Assembly (NCBI GenBank): GCA_965218795.1
Contig: OZ244653.1
Coordinates: 3,264,001-3,328,000 of the forward strand
Source of the DNA: a bacterium
Lineage (GTDB): Bacteria; UBA8248; JACPRG01; G963555815
Length of the DNA stretch: 64,000 nt
Direction: 5' to 3'
In this document: one piece after another, positions 1 through 8,489 of the stretch
Numbering within the stretch: position 1 is the first letter of the stretch
Layout: every line of letters starts with the position of its first letter
The notes under the pieces: model-generated
What the model was told of the DNA's origin: nothing
The model's database searches: none
Seen by the model: only the letters and a program-made list of their open reading frames with translations
Translations under genes and position numbers: made by a program

Positions 1-430
1 CCCTCCTGCGGGAAGGCGCGCCTACGACGCAGGGCGGCCCGGCGCTGCCCAACTCGGCCAGCGCGTCCACATCTTCCGCTTTCAACAACGGGAGGTCAGC
101 GGGGATGATCAGAATCCTTTCCGACATCCCTGCCGGCGCGACGGCTTCCGGGAGGGCCGATGTGAGCGAGTCGACGGCCTCGTGAAGCGCACCGTTCAGG
201 TCTTTCGACGTTTCGTAAAAGGATTCCACACCCATGGCCTGACCGGCCGCCTGAACGTCCACGTCCTGCGACACAAGCAAGATCCGGCCCACAGACTGCG
301 CCGCGGTCACCGTTTGCAGCACGCGCTCCATCATCCAGAAAGTCAACCGGGCGCGGGCCTCCTCATCCAGGACCGGCGAAAGCCGCGTCTTGCTGTTCCG
401 AAAGCCTTTCACGGGGATGAGCGCGATCAT
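1..430 (-). CDS. cofC: 2-phospho-L-lactate/PEP guanylyltransferase CofC/FbiD (3' end outside window)
   Basis: Not in the ORF track. Manual translation from ATG 430 gives MIALIPVKGFRNSKTRLSPVLDEEARARL...ILIIPADLPLL, with the CofC PVK..K.RL and ADLPL motifs. TGATG overlap with the cofD stop. Confidence 0.9.
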   Translation of the reverse strand, partial: MIALIPVKGFRNSKTRLSPVLDEEARARLTFWMMERVLQTVTAAQSVGRILLVSQDVDVQAAGQAMGVESFYETSKDLNGALHEAVDSLTSALPEAVAPAGMSERILIIPADLPLLKAEDVDALAELGSAGPPCVVGAPSRRR

Positions 431-1431
431 CAAGAAGGAGACCGTCTGTGAAAAGGTTGAGCCGAACCCTGGCCGCCTCCCGGGAAGCCGTCTTCAATCG
501 CCTGAGAGAATTCCAGCACCTCGCGGGCGAGTTGGGTCTTCTCTTCCGAACGATTCATGATGGTGTTCGTGACCTGAACCCGCAACCCCATACCCTCGAT
601 GGTATCCGCCTCGTCCCGGTCCATCTCGTCTAGCACGAAGCCGTCGAGCAAGTCAACGTAACGCCGCGCAACCCCGGCGGCCGAAGGCTCTTCGCCCAGC
701 TCCCGCATCATTTTGGCCGCCGGACCTTTGAGCGCCTCCCCCCCCACGATGGGACTCACCGCGACCTTGGGCCCGGGGGCGGAACGAATCGCTTCTCTGA
801 TACCGGGCAGATCCAAAATCGGCCCCAGGCTCACATAGGGGTTGGACGGGCAAAAGACGACCGCCCGCGCCCCGGCCAAAGCGGTCAAGACCTCTCGTGC
901 CGGCCGCGCGTCATCCATCCCCTCGAACCGCACTCCGGTGATCGGCACGTCCGCCCGTCTGGCCACGAAATAATCCTGAAAATCGAGATCTCCCTCCCCG
1001 GTGATGACTTTCGTCCGTACCGGCGCGTCGGTCATCGGCAATACGGTGGTACGAATTCCCAAAGCCTGGCAGAGACGGCGGGTCACCTCGGTGAGTGATT
1101 GTCCCTGATGGAGAAGCTCCCGCCGGAGCAGATGGGTTCCGATGTCCCGGTCTCCCAGACGGAACCAGGCCGGATGGCCATATCGTTCGAGCATATCCAA
1201 CGCCTGGGTCGTATCCGACACCACCCCCCATCCCTGCTCGGGATCGGCCAAGCCGGCCAGTGTATACATCACGGTGTCCAGATCCGGTGAGACGTGAAGC
1301 CCGTAAAGCTCCAAATCGTCGGCCGTATTCACCACCGCCGTGATCGCCTCCGGGGCGACGGCAAGGGTCAGGCCCAGGACCAGCTTGGCCCCGCCTACCC
1401 CGCCTGCGAGAGCGACAATGGCGCCGTTCAT
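430..1431 (-). CDS. cofD: 2-phospho-L-lactate transferase CofD/FbiA
   Basis: LAGGVGGAKL, VNTADD, SPDLDTVMYTLAG, WFRLGDRD, FQDYFV, PSNPYVS and KGPAAKMM motifs. Confidence 0.95.
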   Translation of the reverse strand: MNGAIVALAGGVGGAKLVLGLTLAVAPEAITAVVNTADDLELYGLHVSPDLDTVMYTLAGLADPEQGWGVVSDTTQALDMLERYGHPAWFRLGDRDIGTHLLRRELLHQGQSLTEVTRRLCQALGIRTTVLPMTDAPVRTKVITGEGDLDFQDYFVARRADVPITGVRFEGMDDARPAREVLTALAGARAVVFCPSNPYVSLGPILDLPGIREAIRSAPGPKVAVSPIVGGEALKGPAAKMMRELGEEPSAAGVARRYVDLLDGFVLDEMDRDEADTIEGMGLRVQVTNTIMNRSEEKTQLAREVLEFSQAIEDGFPGGGQGSAQPFHRRSPS

Positions 1432-2052
1432 TCAACGATGGAGAATGGAGAGTTCGAAAGGCGGGCGTGCCGGCGGCTCATCCGCCGGCGGCCGGCCGAA
1501 GGCGACAAGAATGTGCGGATGGAAATGCGCCGGAAGATCCAGAACGGACCGAACCACGTCCGGACAGAAGAGGGGGGCGCAGACCCAACAGGCTGCGACG
1601 TTCTCGGCGTGCGCGGCCAGGAGAACATTCTGAACGGCGGCCCCCAGGCTCTGGGTCCCCATGGCTTCTTCACACTGCCGACGGAATGCATCGGGGTAAC
1701 GATCCAGATCCTCCTTGTACAGGCATGCGATCAGCAGGGCGCTGGCGGGAAGAAGCAAATCGAGAGACTTCTGGATTCTGGCTCGAATTCGCTCTTCAGA
1801 AAGAATGCCGTCGTCCCGCAGGTCTTTCTTGAACGCGGCCGCCATCTCATGGACCAGCCGAACTTTGACTTCGATCGTGGAGACCAGGACGAACCGCCAA
1901 GGCCGGGTCTTGTGAGGGGAAGGCGCCCACCCCGCGGCTTGGATAAAACGATGGAGAGATTCGACGGGGACGCGACCGGGCCCGAACTGGCGGCGGGACC
2001 GGCGGCTCTTCAGAAACTGGAGATAGAAGTCTCCGTCCTGTGATTTCTTCAT
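1432..2052 (-). CDS. fbiE: Stand-alone nitroreductase-family protein resembling the FbiB C-terminal domain (FbiE-like dehydro-F420-0 reductase)
   Basis: RRSRRQF, WAPSPHKTRPWRF, YPD..R...E..M, GAAVQNVLLAAH and CAPLFCPDVVR motifs; lies inside the cof operon. Confidence 0.75.
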   Translation of the reverse strand: MKKSQDGDFYLQFLKSRRSRRQFGPGRVPVESLHRFIQAAGWAPSPHKTRPWRFVLVSTIEVKVRLVHEMAAAFKKDLRDDGILSEERIRARIQKSLDLLLPASALLIACLYKEDLDRYPDAFRRQCEEAMGTQSLGAAVQNVLLAAHAENVAACWVCAPLFCPDVVRSVLDLPAHFHPHILVAFGRPPADEPPARPPFELSILHR

Positions 2053-2084
2053 GCTGGAAACGGAGGAGATAGCGACTCCGGAAG

Positions 2085-3215
2085 TCAGTTCGAAGACACG
2101 GGTGCGGCGGCGGACTCATCGGAATATCGCTTCTCATAGAGGGTGGTCCGCTCAACCGGGGTTCGGCCGTTGTTGACGATAATCTCTCGAAGTTCGTCCA
2201 CGGACGCGCGGTCCCCCCATTCAGAGCCCGACATATTGGAGATCTTCTCCTCCATCAGGGTACCCCCGACATCGTTGCATCCGAGCCGGAGGGCCTCGCC
2301 CGCGGCTTCGATCCCGATTTTCGGCCAACTCGACTGAATATTCAGGATCGTCTCGCGAAAATAAATCCGGCTGACAGCGTAGAGCTTGAATACCTCCTCA
2401 TTGGGGATCATTCGGGAAATCCGAAATCGTCGCCCGAGCGCGTTGTCGTATGGAATGAAAGGAAGAGGTACGAATTCGGTGAAGCCGCCGGTTTCCTTCT
2501 GAATGGACCGGATGATCTCGATATGTTCTCCGATCTCTTCTGGCTCCTCGACATGGCCGAACATGATGGTGGCGGTCGCGGGACCGCCCTGTTTGTGGAT
2601 CTCTTTCATAATCTCGACCCACCGTTCGGTCGTCAGCTTATCCGCGCAGATGATCTTCCGCACCCGCTCCACCAGAATTTCCGCGGCGGTGCCGGGGGTG
2701 CTGCCCAGTCCGGCTTCGCGGAGATCCGAAACGATGTCGGCGATCGGCTTGCCCGACAACTCCGCCATGTAATTGATCTCTTCGCAGGAATAGGCGTGGA
2801 TATGGATGTCGGGCGCGGCCCGCTTCACCTGCTTCAGCAGATTCAGGTAATACTCATAGGTGACAAACGGATGCAAGCCCCCTTGGATGCAGACCTCGGT
2901 GGCCCCGTACTCCAGGGCCTCGATGACTTTTCGCTCGATCTCTTCGTCGGTGACGAAGTACGCCCCCTCCTGTCCCGCTTTTCGCGAAAATCCGCAAAAC
3001 TGGCAGCTTCCTACACAGATATTCGTAAAATTCATATTCCGGTTAATCACATAGGTGGCCTCGCTCCCGTTGATCTCAGCCCGAATGGCGTCCGCCAGAT
3101 CGAAGAGCCGGCTCACTTCGTCAGGGTCGGCCGTTCTCAACAAAGCGGCTGCGTCCCGGGGTCCGATCTCCTTGCCTTGCTCGGCCTTCCGATAGGCTTC
3201 GGCGAAAGTGGGCAT
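2085..3215 (-). CDS. cofH: FO synthase subunit CofH (radical SAM)
   Basis: NRNMNFTNICVGSCQFCGF (CxxxCxxC), GTAAEIL, FTEFVPLPF and GGTLMEE motifs. Start placed at ATG 3215 (MPTFAE). Confidence 0.9.
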   Translation of the reverse strand: MPTFAEAYRKAEQGKEIGPRDAAALLRTADPDEVSRLFDLADAIRAEINGSEATYVINRNMNFTNICVGSCQFCGFSRKAGQEGAYFVTDEEIERKVIEALEYGATEVCIQGGLHPFVTYEYYLNLLKQVKRAAPDIHIHAYSCEEINYMAELSGKPIADIVSDLREAGLGSTPGTAAEILVERVRKIICADKLTTERWVEIMKEIHKQGGPATATIMFGHVEEPEEIGEHIEIIRSIQKETGGFTEFVPLPFIPYDNALGRRFRISRMIPNEEVFKLYAVSRIYFRETILNIQSSWPKIGIEAAGEALRLGCNDVGGTLMEEKISNMSGSEWGDRASVDELREIIVNNGRTPVERTTLYEKRYSDESAAAPVSSN

Positions 3216-3226
3216 CAAGTCTGTCC

Positions 3227-4207
3227 TCAGATGAAAAGCGCCGGCCTGAACGAGGCCATCACAGCGCCGACGGTGGGAGAATACCACCCGCGCTCGACAT
3301 ACTCATCGTAGACGGGCAGGCGAAGTTGAAGATCAAGATCGGATTCGGCCAGATGCCGGCGTAGGCCTTCGATGTCCGGCCAGGGGTGGTTCGGATTGAT
3401 CAGGTCCGGCTCCTCGGAGAGACCGCCGAGATCGTCCGCGCCGGCTTCGACCGCTTCCAGGACGTGTGGGACCAGATTGGGCGGAATCTGGATGTGCACG
3501 TCCTCGGGCAGAATCTCCCGCGCCTCGCGGATCATATCCAACGTCTCCTCCTTGGAGGGCTCTTCCCATCCGGCCATGGGGGTGTTTTCCTGCACGTTCA
3601 GAGGCTGCACGATAACTTCCATCAAATGTCCATAGGCTTCGTGCAGCTTGGCCAGGGCCTCCAGCGTGCGGGTCCGATCTTCGCGGCTCTCGCCGATTCC
3701 GAAGAGGATGCCCGAGGTGAAGGGGATCCGCAACTCGCCCGCCGCCCGGACGGTTTCCAGCCGCAACGCCGGGGACTTCGTCGGCGCGAATTTGTGTGCG
3801 AGGCCGTTCTCAACGGCGGGGCTCAGAGACTCCAGCATCACTCCCATCGAGGCGTTCACTTCCTTCAGGCCGTCCAGCTCATTCCGGGTCAGCGTACCGA
3901 TATTCGTGTGCGGCAGCAAATCCTCCTCCAGAAGGATTTCACAAGCCCGACGAATGTAATCCACATACGTGGAGAAACCCCACGCGTTCAGTTCCGTCCG
4001 CATCTTCGGATGAGCGTCCGCCTGTTCACCCGTCATCACCAAAACTTCCACCGCGCCCTTGGCCGCTTCTCGGCGGGCCGTCTCGCGGATTTCCCCCTGC
4101 GTCATCAGGACGGGTTCGCTGGACCGAAAGGAGCAGTATCCGCAGTGATTTCGACACCAGTAGGTAACGGGGAGAGTAAAATTCCTCGAATAGGTGACCG
4201 TCTTCAC
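3227..4207 (-). CDS. cofG: FO synthase subunit CofG (radical SAM)
   Basis: VTYSRN..LPVTYWCRNHCGYCSF, LLPHTNIG, NASMGVMLES, IQIPPNL and NPNHPWP motifs. Confidence 0.9.
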   Translation of the reverse strand: MKTVTYSRNFTLPVTYWCRNHCGYCSFRSSEPVLMTQGEIRETARREAAKGAVEVLVMTGEQADAHPKMRTELNAWGFSTYVDYIRRACEILLEEDLLPHTNIGTLTRNELDGLKEVNASMGVMLESLSPAVENGLAHKFAPTKSPALRLETVRAAGELRIPFTSGILFGIGESREDRTRTLEALAKLHEAYGHLMEVIVQPLNVQENTPMAGWEEPSKEETLDMIREAREILPEDVHIQIPPNLVPHVLEAVEAGADDLGGLSEEPDLINPNHPWPDIEGLRRHLAESDLDLQLRLPVYDEYVERGWYSPTVGAVMASFRPALFI

Positions 4208-4240
4208 AGAGGCTGTCCTTCCAAGTCTGTCGGTAAACCT

Positions 4241-4249
4241 ATTCTAGCA
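4241..4249 (-). promoter_or_regulatory. Candidate extended -10 promoter of the cof operon
   Basis: TGcTAGAAT on the minus strand, 34 bp upstream of the cofG GTG. Confidence 0.4.
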
Positions 4250-4324
4250 TACCAACCTGCGGCGGATTTTCTCGGAAATCTTCACTGTGCATGGAGTCTG
4301 ACGGATATCAGCCGAAAACCGGGT

Positions 4325-4918
4325 TCAGGAAACGGGGTGGACCTTCTCGTATGCGGCAATCCTGGATTCGTGTTGGAGCGTCAAGGCGATATCGTCCAGA
4401 CCTTCAAGCAGGCATTGCTTCTGGAAAGAATCGATCTCGAAGGCGTACGGGGCGCCGTCCGGAGCCGTCACGGTCTGCGCTTCCAAATCTATCGAGATTC
4501 GGTAATCCTTTTGCCTCTCGCTTTCGGCCGCCAACCGGTCAAAGGGTTCCCCTTCCAGGCGGATCGGGAGCAGCCCGTTCTTGAAGCAGTTGTTGTAAAA
4601 AATATCGGCGTAGGAAGGAGCAATGACGACGCGGAATCCGGCCTGTTGAATCGCCCAGGGGGCATGCTCTCGGGAACTTCCGCATCCGAAGTTTCTGCCC
4701 GCAAGAAGGATTTCGCAATCCTGATACTCCGGCCGGTTCAGAATGAAGTCCGGCTTCGGTTTGCCGTCGGGCTCAAATCGCCAGTCGAAGAAGAGAAACC
4801 GGCCGAATCCCGTCCGCTCGATTCGCTTCAGGAACTGTTTTGGAATGATCTGATCGGTATCCACGTCCGCGCGGTTGAGCGGTAGAACCTTGCCCGTAAA
4901 ATTCCTGAAAGGATCCAT
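4325..4918 (-). CDS. leuD: 3-isopropylmalate dehydratase small subunit
   Basis: [14 protein letters not shown] and [14 protein letters not shown] motifs. Confidence 0.97.
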   Translation of the reverse strand: MDPFRNFTGKVLPLNRADVDTDQIIPKQFLKRIERTGFGRFLFFDWRFEPDGKPKPDFILNRPEYQDCEILLAGRNFGCGSSREHAPWAIQQAGFRVVIAPSYADIFYNNCFKNGLLPIRLEGEPFDRLAAESERQKDYRISIDLEAQTVTAPDGAPYAFEIDSFQKQCLLEGLDDIALTLQHESRIAAYEKVHPVS

Positions 4919-4925
4919 GATTTCC

Positions 4926-6329
4926 CTAGTTCCAGTCGCGAATGTCTACGAAATGACCTTCTACCGCCGCCGCGGCCGCCATGACCGGGCTGACGAGATG
5001 GGTGCGTCCGTCACGCCCCTGCCGCCCTTCGAAGTTTCGGTTCGAGGTGCTCGCGCAGCGTTCCTTCGGCTGGAGAATATCCTCGTTCATTCCCAGACAC
5101 ATGCTGCAGCCGGACTCTCTCCATTCGAAGCCCGCTTCCTCGAAGATGCGATCCAGTCCTTCCTCCTCGGCTTCGCGCTTGACAGACTGTGAACCCGGCA
5201 CGACCAAGGCGCGCACCCTTGGGCTGATCTTCTTTCCCTCCACCGCCTGGGCCGCCATCCTCAAGTCTCCGAGACGGGAGTTCGTGCAGGACCCGATGAA
5301 GACACGGTCAATCTCGATATCGGCCATCGGCGTTCCGGCCGTCAGTCCCATGTATTCCAGGGCCCGCTCGGCCGCCAGGCGGTCCGCTTCGCTCTCGAAG
5401 CCGCCTGGGTCGGGGACCTGACCGGTCACATCGGTAACCATTCCGGGATTCGTTCCCCATGTCACCTGGGGGGCGATGTCGGAGGCGTACAAGACCACTT
5501 CGCGGTCGAACGTCGCGCCTTCATCCGTGGACAGACTCTTCCAGTACTCCACCCGCTCCTGAAATTCTTTTCCCCTGGGAACGTAACGCCGCCCGTCCAG
5601 AAACTCAAACGTCTTTTCGTCCGCCGCAATCATGCCCGCGCGCGCGCCGGCTTCGATGGACATATTGCAAACCGTCATTCGTTCTTCCATGGTCAGGGCT
5701 TCGAGGGCCTCCCCCCGATATTCGATCGCGTAGCCAGCACCGCCGCCTATGCCGATGCGACTGATGATTGAGAGAATGATGTCCTTCGCGGTGACACCGA
5801 ACTCGGGTTGGTTGTTCACCGTAATGTCGAGCGTTTTCGGTTTGACCTGCTGCAGGCATTGGGTCGCCAGGACATGCTCGACCTCGCTGGTCCCAATCCC
5901 GAAGGCCAGGGCCCCGAACGCTCCGTGCGTCGCCGTGTGACTGTCCCCGCACACGAGGGTCTTGCCGGGCTGTGTGATTCCCAATTCCGGTCCGATGACG
6001 TGGACAATTCCCTGATCCGGGCTGTTCAGGTCAAACAGCGTAATGCCGAATTCCTTGCAATTCCTCGTCAGGGTATCGATCTGCCGTTTTGAGATTTGAT
6101 CAACGATCGGAAGGCTTCGATCCGTCGTAGGGACGTTGTGGTCCATCGTTGAAAACGTCAGGTCGGTCCGGCGCACCTTGCGGCCCGTCATCCGCAGGCC
6201 CTCGAATGCCTGCGGGCTGGTGACCTCGTGCACGAGATGGCAGTCGACATAGAGAACCGCCGGCTTCCCGGGCTCCTCGTGGACCACGTGGGCATCCCAA
6301 ATCTTTTCGAACATCGTCTTCGTTGGCAT
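4926..6329 (-). CDS. leuC: 3-isopropylmalate dehydratase large subunit
   Basis: [39 protein letters not shown] and [12 protein letters not shown] motifs. Confidence 0.98.
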   Translation of the reverse strand: MPTKTMFEKIWDAHVVHEEPGKPAVLYVDCHLVHEVTSPQAFEGLRMTGRKVRRTDLTFSTMDHNVPTTDRSLPIVDQISKRQIDTLTRNCKEFGITLFDLNSPDQGIVHVIGPELGITQPGKTLVCGDSHTATHGAFGALAFGIGTSEVEHVLATQCLQQVKPKTLDITVNNQPEFGVTAKDIILSIISRIGIGGGAGYAIEYRGEALEALTMEERMTVCNMSIEAGARAGMIAADEKTFEFLDGRRYVPRGKEFQERVEYWKSLSTDEGATFDREVVLYASDIAPQVTWGTNPGMVTDVTGQVPDPGGFESEADRLAAERALEYMGLTAGTPMADIEIDRVFIGSCTNSRLGDLRMAAQAVEGKKISPRVRALVVPGSQSVKREAEEEGLDRIFEEAGFEWRESGCSMCLGMNEDILQPKERCASTSNRNFEGRQGRDGRTHLVSPVMAAAAAVEGHFVDIRDWN

Positions 6330-7012
6330 CTGAATGTTCTTACCTCTATTTCACTCGTCTCTGGGCGAAATCAGCCCTTCCATTCTTTTCTTTTCGATTC
6401 TCAATCCACTATTCAGAAAACACAATTCATAAGGTATAGCCGCAGTGCTCGTCAAGCCAGAAAAAAAGCTGCCTTTGAATGCAACGTCCCTTGAAATTCC
6501 GGTTCCAACACATCTTTCTCCATGCATTTCCCGCGAACTTTACGCAGGACTCGGCCATTTCAGAACGAAAGCCGCCATTGAAAAGGTGAAACTCCGGATT
6601 TCCGGAGTGTGTACAGACAGGGGTTTCATTCAATTCGACTCTCGAATTCAGATTCGGAGGCGCACAACGAAGCTGACCAGCGAGCCAAGTTGCAAGGTGA
6701 TCTTCCAAGGATCGGCAAAACCGAAATCCCTCCGGATATTCCAGATTCAACTCAAGACAGAACCCTGCATCATTCAAGGGGTTCGGAACCGGGAAACACC
6801 CATTCGATGAATCATCTCCATACAAATCCCCATCGTGTACTGTCACCCATGAAGGGATCCCTTATGTTCTCTTGGCATACCGAATATACCAATCGGTGAT
6901 TCAGAGCATTATTCAATATATGAATCTGATAAAAGATACTTGACGATTCTGATCGATCAATAAGAGAATAACAAAAAACTCTTTCTTGATTGCATTCCAT
7001 AGGGGAGTATCA

Positions 7013-7408
7013 ATGGCAAAGGCATCCATTCACAACATGATCAGGAAACAACTTACCGATCTGCAAAAACAGATTGCTCAGCATGAAAAAGCACTGAAAT
7101 TCCTTCGCTCCCAGGAAAAGAACATTCGCCAGGCCGTGAAGCTACTGGGAGGGAAAATTGCAGCGGGGCCGGGGCCCGCACGTGGACGTCCTCCGGGAAA
7201 GGACGAAGCTGGAGTTGCCAAAAGGAGCCGGAGAACCAATTGGGACCATGTTGTGAATTCTCTCCCGGAAAGGTTTACGATAAACGATCTGGCGGCAACC
7301 CCGGGAGCAAGAGGAAAAAGTAGGGCCTATCTACATCAAATCATCAACCGCTGGAAAAAAGCTGGCGTGATTGAATCAGCGGGAAGAGCGACCTATCAAA
7401 AGGTGTAG
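7013..7408 (+). CDS. Basic 131-aa hypothetical protein: N-terminal coiled coil, RGRP linker, C-terminal winged-helix-like domain
   Basis: SD AGGGGAG 5 nt before ATG 7013; heptad-like IRKQLTDLQKQIAQHEKALKFL; ends IINRWKKAGVIESAGRATYQKV. Confidence 0.75.
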   Translation: MAKASIHNMIRKQLTDLQKQIAQHEKALKFLRSQEKNIRQAVKLLGGKIAAGPGPARGRPPGKDEAGVAKRSRRTNWDHVVNSLPERFTINDLAATPGARGKSRAYLHQIINRWKKAGVIESAGRATYQKV

Positions 7409-7411
7409 ACC

Positions 7412-7540
7412 CTATTTTTTGATTTTGGGGAGAGGGGCGAGGAGCGCGGAATTTCTGAATAGACCGTTGATCCTATGATTCGAAAGAATGAGTAGGCGCT
7501 GAGTCGCTGCTATGATGACCTTCTTCTCTGCCCTTGTCAT
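7412..7540 (-). CDS. Small 42-aa ORF, possibly a gene remnant
   Basis: GGAGGAGccATG start; translates MTRAEKKVIIAATQRLLILSNHRINGLFRNSALLAPLPKIKK*. Confidence 0.3.
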   Translation of the reverse strand: MTRAEKKVIIAATQRLLILSNHRINGLFRNSALLAPLPKIKK

Positions 7541-7709
7541 GGCTCCTCCCGCTCTGTCTTCCGGGGGTTTCTCCTGCCCCTTCATACGATATCATCTGTA
7601 CCGGGAAGATGCCTAGTCGCACACCCTATCTGTACATGTAGTCCTACGGTATGTCGCGCCCCTGCATGCAGGGGATCAGGTACTCTCAGAGTGCTCAGTT
7701 TCAACCCTC

Positions 7710-7768
7710 GCTTAACGCAGAATTACGCGCCGCCGCTCTGTGCCGTCCGCTTGAATGACGTGTTCGGA
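7710..7768 (-). mobile_element. attC-like integron cassette recombination site (59 bp)
   Basis: Minus strand TCCGAAC-ACGTC-ATTCAAGC-GGACGGCACAGAGCGGCGGC-GCGTAAT-TCTGC-GTTAAGC shows the R''/L''/L'/R' layout, 13 bp after the cassette ORF's natural stop. Confidence 0.75.
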
Positions 7769-7781
7769 GGCGCATTGTACT

Positions 7782-8251
7782 TCATGAATTCATTTCGAGT
7801 TCTGTTTTTAGCAATTCCCAGTTGTTCTTGTACCTTTCTATCTCGTCTATTTCGGGATGATATCTCGCTCGGGCCACTTTGCTGGGTCGCCGCCCTCGAA
7901 GTACCGGAATATGATTCTTGACGGAACAACGAAGACATCCGGAAGTTCCTTAAAGTCCTTCAAATCGACTAGAGTGAAGAACACTTGGGAAAGATTTATC
8001 TTTGCGGACCCCCAACCAATATCCCATTCGTAGTGATGCGGTTTCTTGTTCCCGCCACGTCCACGCGTTCGCATAGCCCAAGACGTGGTCTTAACTTGCA
8101 GGGCTAGACTCCTCGCGCCGTTGGGGGCGCTGACAAGCACGTCCGGGCCGGCCACGTTTCGAGTTGTAGGAACTGCGTGAAATCCGAGGTATGAGGCGAC
8201 AAGGAGAACCCCTGCCACGCCGGTCAGCTGACTTGTTCGCCCTTCGATCAT
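7782..8251 (-). pseudogene. PD-(D/E)XK-family nuclease, frameshifted near the 3' end, on an integron-type cassette
   Basis: GVAG...PTTRNVAGPDVLV...LQVKTT core. Adding one base at about 7872 restores KWPRARYHPEIDEIERYKNNWELLKTELEMNS*. Confidence 0.7.
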
Positions 8252-8272
8252 TGCGATGCCTTCATTTGTGCC

Positions 8273-8330
8273 GCCGAACGTCACTATCAACCGCGTGCTT
8301 CAGCGCGTCGGCTGCATGGCATTGTTGTAC
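8273..8330 (-). mobile_element. attC-like integron cassette recombination site (58 bp)
   Basis: Minus strand GTACAAC-AATGC-CATGCAGC-CGACGCGCTGAAGCACGCG-GTTGATA-GTGAC-GTTCGGC is an imperfect hairpin with AAC/GTT triplets and extrahelical bases. Confidence 0.75.
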
Positions 8331-8489
8331 TCCCGGATTGCGGTCTTCACTGTGTACGGCACCGAATCACGCAGATACTGCATCCTACATCGTGCCCACT
8401 ACTCTCAGAAGCCTTATATTGTACGCAGATGTGTCATTCAATGCCGACCGCTCCGGTGAACCATACCCAGTCCGGGGGTACCCTGATCC

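Noticed and set aside
6653-6664. 12-mer TTCGGAGGCGCA shared with the attC end near 7763-7774
   Set aside because: No AAC/GTT pair or hairpin around it; probably chance.
8400-8424. dif/res-like appearance of TACTCTCAGAAGCCTTATATTGTAC
   Set aside because: Spacing and arm match to XerC/XerD sites are poor.
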